A DNA stretch of 64,000 bases, taken from the NCBI GenBank assembly GCA_958296135.2, contig CATQHZ020000001.1, positions 1,568,001 to 1,632,000 of the forward strand, read 5' to 3'. Under the pieces are notes generated by a model. That model was not told where the DNA came from. It saw only the letters and a program-made list of their open reading frames with translations, and did not search any database. This DNA comes from an uncultured Poribacteria bacterium. Lineage in GTDB: Bacteria > Poribacteria > WGA-4E > WGA-3G. The stretch's first letter is position 1, and each line of letters starts with the position of its first letter. Made by a program: the position numbers and the translations under genes. Shown one piece after another: positions 56,456-64,000 of this stretch.

Positions 56456-58033
56456 ATGAATGAAAACAAAAACAGCAGTCTCAATCTGCTATTCGGAATT
56501 GTCATCGCTATTGTTGCCGGCGCGCTCATCGGCGGCATTTTTCCCGATTTCGCGGAACATACTTCTATCCTCGGCGAAATCTTCTTGAATCTGCTCAAGA
56601 TGATCGTGATTCCGCTTGTCATGCTCTCGATGATAGTCGGCATCACGAACCTCGGCGATATTCGCCACCTCGGTTCCATCGGCGGAAGAACCGTGCTTTA
56701 CTACACGGCGACGACGGGACTCGCTGTCCTCGTCGGCATCATCCTCGTCAACGTGATTCTGCCGGGGCAAGGGCTCTCCAAAGGCGAAGAACTCCCCAAC
56801 TTGCGCTATACCCTCAGCGGTGAGGAAATGCAGAATGTCGCACTAGAGGGGAGATTCGAGAAAACCTATAATGACAAATATGTCATTACCCTGAAGGACC
56901 AGAATGTGAAAGGTGAGGTGGCGACTATCTCCGATACCGCCGTGACGGTAAAGTCGTGGACGCTCTTGGATGAGGGCGTTACCTACGTGCCAACTACCAC
57001 CGAAGAACGCCTGCTATTCGTTGATGGAAAACTTGATAAACTGGCTCTCAACGCTATGGGGCAGGGCATCGAAATCTCCCTTCCGATTGCAGGAAATGTG
57101 CAAGCAAAGAAGGACAAAAGCGTCGGCCAAACGCTCAAAGAGGTTGTTCTCGGCAACCATGAAACCGGCAAAGAGGGTATGATTCCGGAGAACGTCTTCA
57201 AAGCGATGGCGAATATGGATATCCTGCCGCTCATCTTTTTCTCCCTGCTCATCGGCGCAGCGATATCCGTGCTTGGTGAACGCGGCAAACCGGTTGTCTC
57301 CGTGATTTCCGGGCTCAACGAGGCCGTGATGCAACTCGTTCATTGGATTATGTATATCGCCCCGTTCGGCATTTTCGGATTAATTGCCGGCCGCATCGGG
57401 CAAGCAAAAGGGTTCGCTGGCTTCTGGCCGGAACTCGTCGCGGTGGGCAAATACAGTTTCACGGTGATCTTAGGGCTTGGCGTTCACGGCGCGGTAGTTT
57501 TACCGCTGCTGCTCCTGCTCTTCGGCCGCCGAAACCCGCTAAGCTATGTGAAAGGCATGGCAACCGCCTTGCTCAACGCGTTTTCCACAGCAAGCTCTAG
57601 TGCCACCCTGCCGATTACGATGGACCAGGTTGAAACGAATAATGGGGTTTCAAGACGCACATCCAGTTTTGTCATTCCACTTGGTGCGACGATTAACATG
57701 GATGGCACGGCGCTTTACGAGGCAGTGGCTGTCATGTTCATCGCGCAAGTGTATGGGATTACGATGGATCCCGCGCAACAACTCGTTGTTGTTCTCACCG
57801 CCACACTCGCCGCCATCGGTGCCGCTGGCATTCCGGAGGCGGGGCTTGTCACCATGGTCATCGTGCTCAGAGCGGTAGATTTGCCGATTGAGGGGATCAC
57901 GTTGATTCTCTCTGTTGACTGGCTGCTGGACCGGTTCCGCACCACTATCAACGTCTGGGGTGACAGCATCGGTGCAGGCGTGATTGAAACGTATGAAAAC
58001 AGAGGTGCAGCCGAAGCACCTTCTCCAACGTAG
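56456..58033 (+). CDS. Dicarboxylate/amino acid:cation symporter (DAACS) with a large extracytoplasmic insert
   Basis: FSTASSSATLP, NMDGTALYE and DRFRT motifs. Confidence 0.92.
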   Translation: MNENKNSSLNLLFGIVIAIVAGALIGGIFPDFAEHTSILGEIFLNLLKMIVIPLVMLSMIVGITNLGDIRHLGSIGGRTVLYYTATTGLAVLVGIILVNVILPGQGLSKGEELPNLRYTLSGEEMQNVALEGRFEKTYNDKYVITLKDQNVKGEVATISDTAVTVKSWTLLDEGVTYVPTTTEERLLFVDGKLDKLALNAMGQGIEISLPIAGNVQAKKDKSVGQTLKEVVLGNHETGKEGMIPENVFKAMANMDILPLIFFSLLIGAAISVLGERGKPVVSVISGLNEAVMQLVHWIMYIAPFGIFGLIAGRIGQAKGFAGFWPELVAVGKYSFTVILGLGVHGAVVLPLLLLLFGRRNPLSYVKGMATALLNAFSTASSSATLPITMDQVETNNGVSRRTSSFVIPLGATINMDGTALYEAVAVMFIAQVYGITMDPAQQLVVVLTATLAAIGAAGIPEAGLVTMVIVLRAVDLPIEGITLILSVDWLLDRFRTTINVWGDSIGAGVIETYENRGAAEAPSPT

Positions 58034-58049
58034 AGAAGGTGTCCGTTTT

Positions 58050-58180
58050 ACCGTAGCGCGAGGGCCGTCTTGGCGAACGCGAGGGACAGGCCCTCGCGCT
58101 ACGGGCTAGAGCGGTTTCTGGTTCGTCGTAGGTTAGCAAACGCGAGGGACAGGTCCTCGTGCTACGGGCTAGAGCGGTTT
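58050..58180. repeat. REP cluster (GTAGCGCGAGGG family)
   Basis: gtagcgcgaggg plus two copies of cgcgagggacagg.cctcg.gctac. Confidence 0.8.
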
Positions 58181-58209
58181 CGGGTGCTAGGAATAACAAA
58201 AAAACGAAA

Positions 58210-60258
58210 ATGGATACACAAAACAGTTCACCCTCACAAAATTCGTCAATCACCGGCGCGACGATTCTCGCGATTATCAGCGTGGTGCTCGCCGCCGGAT
58301 GGATTGCGTATGCCTATTACAAAGGCGGTAGCACGGATGCAAACGGCAACCGCATCCTGCTCTTGCATCCGGTTGTAGCGATGCTACTCATCTTCCTACT
58401 GACTCGCGTTTACCGATGGGTAGAAATAAAAATCATCGCGACGCTAGAAATTGTGATGATAGTCTTATGGCTCTTCGTCACGATGCTTGGCGTGCTAATG
58501 CCGTTCATTCTCGGTTTCGGGTTCGCCTATTTGCTACGGTTCATTTCCAGCGCGATTCCATTTGACAAGACGTACCAACGTCGGCTCGCGATGGCGGCGA
58601 TCTTGATTATCTGCGGCGGTATCTTCTTCTGGACAAGTCGACAGATTGGCAAACAGGCGAGCCAGATGAGCAGGGGGCTGCAGCAGTTTTATCATGAATC
58701 GGTTCTTCCGTCCATCGTCGGTGAAACGCTGGAGGTCCTGGCTATTGAGGAATCCGGCGCGGCGACGAAGTTTTACCTTGGCACCAACCACGGTGTCTAC
58801 GTTATTGAAGGGGATGTCCGTTCAGGATTGACAAATGGCAACATCATCGGGAAACGGGTACAAGCCATCTCCCTCGCGGATGAGGGGCTTTATGTAGGAA
58901 CACCAGATGGGCTCTATAGGCTTGACGTGGAGACAGAGAAGGCAACTTGGGCAAAAGTAGAAAACATCCCTTTTGCTAATCCATCCGTGCGGGCTATCAG
59001 TACCGGACGTGACGCATCCAGCCTTTATGTCGGGACAGCCGCCGGACTTTATGCCAGTCACGATTCTGGTGCAATGTGGACACCTGTTTCTCCTGAAACT
59101 TTTGCGAAACTCTCCATCGTCAGCATCGCACGTGAGGGAGACAGCGTTTACGTCGCGGCGAGAGGAGAGGGGGCCCAGGCATCTCAGACAGCCCTCTGGC
59201 TGCAAGCAGGTTCAAACATGGAGTGGCAGGTTCTTCCGTTGAAAGGGTTAGAGGGGGCAACACTTCAGGCACTCGCCGTTGGCAACGACATGCTCTATGC
59301 TGGGACAACGAGCGGGGTATATGCTTATGAGGGTGCTGCGGGGCAATGGCAAGAGGTTCAAGGCCAGGAACACCTCCCAACCTCAATTTCGTTGTTAGCC
59401 GCTACGCCCACGCGTGTGTATGCCGGCGATAAAACGGTCATCCGTTACCATGGAGGTGCGGGCAACTGGCCGCTCGCGATTGCCCATAATGAAGGACGTT
59501 TTAATACCCTCAAACATACGCCGATTGGTAAAACGGTGCAGCAATACCTAACCGAAAGAATACCGAGTTTGGCGCAAGCGGGTGGCACTGCTGTCAAGTG
59601 GCTATCTGCGTCCGCGGGTTCATTCGCTTTCCAGTTTGGCGGGTTTCTTGCGACGCTCTCCTTCGCGTTCATCGTTTTTGTCTATGCCGGCCAAAAGTTT
59701 GAAGACTATATCCGCGGCCTTACGTCGCTCATCCCGGCAGGGCATCGAGAGCAGGTGAAAACGCATTTGCGCGAGATTGATAGGCAGATGCAGGCGTATC
59801 TGAGGGGACAAGTCACCGTCATCGCGATTGTTTCTGTCATCTCATCTATTGCTTATGGCGTTATTGGCGTGCCGTTCGCGCTCCTGGTCGGCTTGCTAGC
59901 CGGGTTCTGCAATGCGGTTCCGACATTCGGTCCTTTTATTGGCGGTGCGTTCGCGTTCGTTGCGATGCTGATGGGGCTCGCCGCTGGCGATTTCAGCATG
60001 GGATTTGATTTCCTCATCCGCTGCCTCGCCGTATTGGGTGCCATCTTGGGTATCCAAACTATTGATAACTCGCTCATTTCGCCGAAAGTGATGAGCAAGG
60101 CTGTTGAGGTAGATCCGTTGCTGATTATGTTCGGTGTCATTGTGGGTGGTTCGCTGCTCGGTTTTTGGGGTGTCCTGCTCGCCATTCCGATTCTTGTCGT
60201 CATCAAATCGGTTATTGCCGTTTCGCAAGGAAAAATCAGCACAGAGGAGGAACAGTAG
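58210..60258 (+). CDS. AI-2E-family transporter with an inserted beta-propeller domain
   Basis: YLRGQ, PTFGPFIG and ISPKVM..P motifs; LY(V/A)GT..G(L/V)Y blade repeats in the middle. Confidence 0.85.
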   Translation: MDTQNSSPSQNSSITGATILAIISVVLAAGWIAYAYYKGGSTDANGNRILLLHPVVAMLLIFLLTRVYRWVEIKIIATLEIVMIVLWLFVTMLGVLMPFILGFGFAYLLRFISSAIPFDKTYQRRLAMAAILIICGGIFFWTSRQIGKQASQMSRGLQQFYHESVLPSIVGETLEVLAIEESGAATKFYLGTNHGVYVIEGDVRSGLTNGNIIGKRVQAISLADEGLYVGTPDGLYRLDVETEKATWAKVENIPFANPSVRAISTGRDASSLYVGTAAGLYASHDSGAMWTPVSPETFAKLSIVSIAREGDSVYVAARGEGAQASQTALWLQAGSNMEWQVLPLKGLEGATLQALAVGNDMLYAGTTSGVYAYEGAAGQWQEVQGQEHLPTSISLLAATPTRVYAGDKTVIRYHGGAGNWPLAIAHNEGRFNTLKHTPIGKTVQQYLTERIPSLAQAGGTAVKWLSASAGSFAFQFGGFLATLSFAFIVFVYAGQKFEDYIRGLTSLIPAGHREQVKTHLREIDRQMQAYLRGQVTVIAIVSVISSIAYGVIGVPFALLVGLLAGFCNAVPTFGPFIGGAFAFVAMLMGLAAGDFSMGFDFLIRCLAVLGAILGIQTIDNSLISPKVMSKAVEVDPLLIMFGVIVGGSLLGFWGVLLAIPILVVIKSVIAVSQGKISTEEEQ

Positions 60259-60340
60259 GTGCTGTTTTCAACAGTGCCTAGCGAACTGGGATCACTAAAG
60301 AGATGCAAGTCTTGACGTTGTCAAGACTGCCTGCTAAGCC

Positions 60341-61720
60341 ATGTTCCAACAACAAAATCAGTTAAACAACGCATTGCGAAATACAAAAAATCTTCCCATT
60401 GTTGCAATTGTGGGCCGGCCGAATGTCGGCAAATCGTCCCTTTTCAATCGGATGGCAGCCGCCGCTTCTGGGCGTGGGGCATCGAAAAAATTCGCTGTCG
60501 TTCACGACACCCCCGGTGTCACGCGCGACCGGAACTATATTGATATTGAATGGGTTGACAGCGGTTTCACCATCGTTGATACCGGCGGGTTAGACACAGA
60601 CCCGGACGATAGGCTTATTGATAGTGTGCAGTTGCAAGTCGATGCCGCTGTAGCGGAAGCGAGTCTCGTGCTGTTCGTCGTCGATGCGCGCACCGGCATC
60701 ATGCCGCACGACATGATGGTCGCCGATAAACTGCGCGCCGCGGATAAACCCATCTTCCTTGTCGTCAACAAAGTTGATAGCGAACGGCTTCGGAACGAGG
60801 CGGCGGAATTTTACGCGCTCGGCCTGGATGAGCCCACATTTACCTCGTGTGTGCAAAACGAAGGCATCCTAGGGCTCCTTGACCAGGTTGTCGAAGTGCT
60901 TCCTGAACCGGTGGCAGTAGACGCTAGTCAAACCGGGATAAAAATCGCCATCGTCGGTAGGCCGAACGTCGGCAAATCGTCGCTCATTAACAACCTGCTC
61001 GGCGAAGAGCGGATGATTGTCGATGACCGGCCCGGCACCACCCGCGATGCTGTCAACATCCATTTCGTCCACGACAACGTTGCCTTTGAAGTCGTGGATA
61101 CCGCGGGGATGCGGCGCAAAACTGCAATTGACGATGAGTTAGAATCCGCGACCGTGCAGCGTGCTATCCACAGTATCCGCCAGAGCGACATTGCTGTCCT
61201 CGTGTTAGACGTATCGCGGGAGGTGTCACAGCAGGATAAGACGATTGCGAATTTCATCGCGCGCCAAGGAAAAGCCTCTGTGATAGCAGTAAACAAGTGG
61301 GATCTGATCGAGAAGGACCACACCACGCACGGCGCGTTTCTGAATATAATCGATGTACAACTGCCGCAACTCGGCTATGTGCCGCGCGTGTTCGTCTCTG
61401 CTGTCACAGGACAGCGGGTTACGAAAATCTTAGACACTGCACTAGAGGTTTACCGCGAGTATTGCACGCGGATTCCGACACCCCAACTCAATGCGTTGCT
61501 CGGTGAGCTGTGGAATGCGTATCCGCCACCGCGTGTGAAAGGGGTCCGTCCTGCGCTCAAATATATCACCCAAATTGAGACGAAGCCGCCGACATTCCTG
61601 ATTTTTGGACGGAACACGCACCGCGTGCGGCCGCCCTATGAAGCGTATCTAACAAACGCGCTTCGCAAAGAGTTCGGTTTCCACGGCACACCGATACGGA
61701 TTTATTACCGCCGCTCGTAG
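60341..61720 (+). CDS. der: Ribosome biogenesis GTPase Der
   Basis: Two GRPNVGKSS G-domains and a C-terminal KH-like domain. Confidence 0.97.
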   Translation: MFQQQNQLNNALRNTKNLPIVAIVGRPNVGKSSLFNRMAAAASGRGASKKFAVVHDTPGVTRDRNYIDIEWVDSGFTIVDTGGLDTDPDDRLIDSVQLQVDAAVAEASLVLFVVDARTGIMPHDMMVADKLRAADKPIFLVVNKVDSERLRNEAAEFYALGLDEPTFTSCVQNEGILGLLDQVVEVLPEPVAVDASQTGIKIAIVGRPNVGKSSLINNLLGEERMIVDDRPGTTRDAVNIHFVHDNVAFEVVDTAGMRRKTAIDDELESATVQRAIHSIRQSDIAVLVLDVSREVSQQDKTIANFIARQGKASVIAVNKWDLIEKDHTTHGAFLNIIDVQLPQLGYVPRVFVSAVTGQRVTKILDTALEVYREYCTRIPTPQLNALLGELWNAYPPPRVKGVRPALKYITQIETKPPTFLIFGRNTHRVRPPYEAYLTNALRKEFGFHGTPIRIYYRRS

Positions 61721-61815
61721 TTGCACAAGGCATCGTCTATAAGGTTGCGTGCTTTTGCAGATTGGAAAACTTTTTTTGGAACTTTTTCGTGACTTCAGGG
61801 TATAATCTAATCAGA

Positions 61816-61895
61816 ATTCGCGCGGGTAGGAGGGACCTCCTGGTCCCGATACCGCATTCGCGCGGGTAGGAGGGACCTCCTGGTCCCGATACCGC
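61816..61895 (+). repeat. 40-bp tandem repeat x2 containing a GTAG REP
   Basis: attcgcgcgggtaggagggacctcctggtcccgataccgc x2. Confidence 0.9.
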
Positions 61896-62030
61896 ATTCG
61901 CTTTTTGCAGAGAGACGACATTCGCGCCGGGGTGCACTGAATCGCTCTGGTTTTTAGCGGATGCAACTACGAAAAGTATCCATTCCGCGAAAAGTCCGTT
62001 AGGGCTTTAATCGCTATAGGAAAAATAAAA

Positions 62031-62450
62031 ATGAAAACCGTATTGAACCAGCACTTGATGCTGCCCAGACTCAATAGGAGTTTGCTCAGCACTCTCAGCC
62101 TCGCGGTGTTATGCGCGATGGCATTTACCTTTACCTGCGCACTCGCCCCGATGATGAACACGGCGAATGCACAGAGTGGGGCTTTGACTACTGCCAGCTC
62201 TCGCCCATGCTATAATCAGGCGATGTCAGGCATACGCACGGCTCGCGAGAACCATGCGAGCGCACAAGTGACACTCATGACGGCACTCGATCTGTATGAC
62301 GAGATGGTGAGTGCCGCGCAGGAAGACCCGTTCTTTAACTTCTTCGTCTACCTCGCTTCGCTAGCTGTGGAAACGGCGAGGAGCAATTTGCAAGCCGCGG
62401 CGATTGCCTTGGTGAAGTCATATTGGGTCCTCGCCCGATGCGTGGAGTAA
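62031..62450 (+). CDS. Hypothetical secreted helical protein
   Basis: Long signal-like N-terminus ending ANA; two Cys in the mature part. Confidence 0.6.
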   Translation: MKTVLNQHLMLPRLNRSLLSTLSLAVLCAMAFTFTCALAPMMNTANAQSGALTTASSRPCYNQAMSGIRTARENHASAQVTLMTALDLYDEMVSAAQEDPFFNFFVYLASLAVETARSNLQAAAIALVKSYWVLARCVE

Positions 62451-62809
62451 ATGACGCAATTGCAAACCGCCATGCCGTGGTGCGTGTGCAAGCCGCTGAA
62501 AACGGGTGCTGAACCGAATGGCATGCACCCACCGAGGATAACCTCAAAAACGGCTGGGGGCGCGTTACCGAAGCGCGCCACCCAGCACCTCTCGGATTTT
62601 CTAGCCATGTCCTTCCCAAAACGTCCCGATTTATTCTCAGGACTTACCCAAATACCATAATTTCTGTCCGGGAGGCGCGCGTTGGAAGCGCGCAGGGTCC
62701 CGCAGGTGCGCAGTTGAAAACCGCGCAGACGGAGCTCTTCTGCGTAAATCTATTCTGAAACTTCATCAGGGCCCTAAAACGAAGTCATCCTATTACAAAG
62801 GAGAATCCC

Positions 62810-63793
62810 TTGTCTAAATTCAAAGTTTTTATCACCCGGCCCATTCCGCAACAGATTGTCGCCCAAATGGAAGCGGAATGCGAGATAGACATGTGGCACA
62901 CGAGTGCCATCCTGCCGCCCATCGCGGAGAACATCGCGCCGCTTGATGGACTCATGACATACGGGCACGAACCTGTCTCCGCCGAGATGATAGCCACCGC
63001 GCCCAATCTCAAAGCTGTCTCTGTCGTCGGTGTCGGCTATGACCACGTTGATGAGGCGGCGTGCAGGGAACGCGGTATCGCGCTCGGCCACACCCCCGGC
63101 GTGCTGAGCGATACTACCGCTGATATGACGATGGCACTCTTGCTGGCGGCCGCGCGGAACATTGTCCCGGCGCACCAACACGTCCAAGTCGCCAGAGAAT
63201 GGACATACTATGATCCGAATATCTTGTGGGGTACTGACGTGCATCACACCACGTTAGGCATCGTCGGCATGGGCCGTATCGGCTACGCTGTGGCCAAACG
63301 CGCCTTAGGTTTTGACATGCGCGTCCTCTACCACAAACGCAACCGCCGCCACGACTGGGAGGAAGAACTCGGCATTGAATACGTTGAGTTGGAGCATCTC
63401 CTGCAAGCCTCCGATTTCGTCACGCTTCATGTCCCGCTCACTGAGGATACGACGCACCTTATCGGCAAGGCGGAGTTGGCGTTAATGAAATCGACAGCGA
63501 TTCTGGTTAACATCGCGCGGGGTCCTGTCGTCAACCATGGTGCGTTATACGATGCGCTCGCGTCGGGACAAATTGCCGGAGCCGCGCTGGACGTGACGGA
63601 GCCGGAGCCGATTAACACAGACCATCCGCTTTTGGGTTTAGAGAACGTTCTGGTTGCGCCGCATCTCGGCAGTGCGACTGTCCAGACGCGCACGAAAATG
63701 GCGACGATGGCGATGGAGAATTTGTTGGCGGGGTTAAAAGGGGAGCGGTTGCCGTATGCGGTGCTGCAGCCGGGGCATGCTTCCACTGTCTAA
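62810..63793 (+). CDS. D-2-hydroxyacid dehydrogenase (glyoxylate reductase/D-glycerate dehydrogenase-like)
   Basis: GMGRIG, NIARG, LDVTEPEP and PHLGSAT motifs; RBS aaggag. Confidence 0.92.
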   Translation: MSKFKVFITRPIPQQIVAQMEAECEIDMWHTSAILPPIAENIAPLDGLMTYGHEPVSAEMIATAPNLKAVSVVGVGYDHVDEAACRERGIALGHTPGVLSDTTADMTMALLLAAARNIVPAHQHVQVAREWTYYDPNILWGTDVHHTTLGIVGMGRIGYAVAKRALGFDMRVLYHKRNRRHDWEEELGIEYVELEHLLQASDFVTLHVPLTEDTTHLIGKAELALMKSTAILVNIARGPVVNHGALYDALASGQIAGAALDVTEPEPINTDHPLLGLENVLVAPHLGSATVQTRTKMATMAMENLLAGLKGERLPYAVLQPGHASTV

Positions 63794-63931
63794 ATCGCGG
63801 ATTTGCAGGATGAAACGCGCGGCTTGGCAGAATACGAATCTTTCTGCAAAAGTGCCTTTTCTGGAGTTTTCATCTTGCATTGAAGGCAAAATTATGTTAA
63901 AATCTGGTTAAAACTTTGGAGGAAACCGAAA

Positions 63932-64000
63932 ATGAAACCGAAACGGATACTGGAAGAACTCCCGGATGTTCCTGTGCCGATAACGGAGCACCTTGCGGAA
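63932..64000 (+). CDS. Partial CDS running off the window
   Basis: RBS ggagg, ATG, and an upstream TTGCAT-17 nt-TAAAAT promoter. Confidence 0.55.
   Translation, partial: MKPKRILEELPDVPVPITEHLAE

Overview
Bacterial chromosomal window of moderately high GC. It is probably from a Candidatus Poribacteria-like organism, inferred from WD40-dockerin-FlgD/Ig secreted proteins, C-terminal 'VEPxxKxxTTWxxxK' tails, many TPR genes and sugar-acid catabolism. Housekeeping and metabolic genes (dacB, thiolase, gap-tpiA-secG, trmJ, aspS, der, uronate isomerase, L-fuconate dehydratase) flank a defence-rich region of about 21 kb (24.2-45.2 kb). That region holds DUF4268-type nucleases, a fused R-M gene plus specificity subunit, a CapV-like patatin, four TPR genes (three sharing an N-terminal cap), an orphan type III Mod gene with a 5' G9 tract, and a HigBA-like module. 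A TnpB-only IS607-like element is inserted precisely into a nuclease gene, and a 1326-bp tandem duplication gives two mosaic Tat-exported MnSODs. The window is saturated with several GTAG/GTAA-headed REP/REPIN families, and several copies lie in frame inside protein-coding genes. Other oddities are an 88-aa insert in the AspRS anticodon-binding domain, a beta-propeller inside an AI-2E transporter, and a promoter + uORF (C9/PPP) + hairpin leader. No rRNA, tRNA or CRISPR array was seen. All calls rest on reading the sequence and recognising motifs; no database searches were run.
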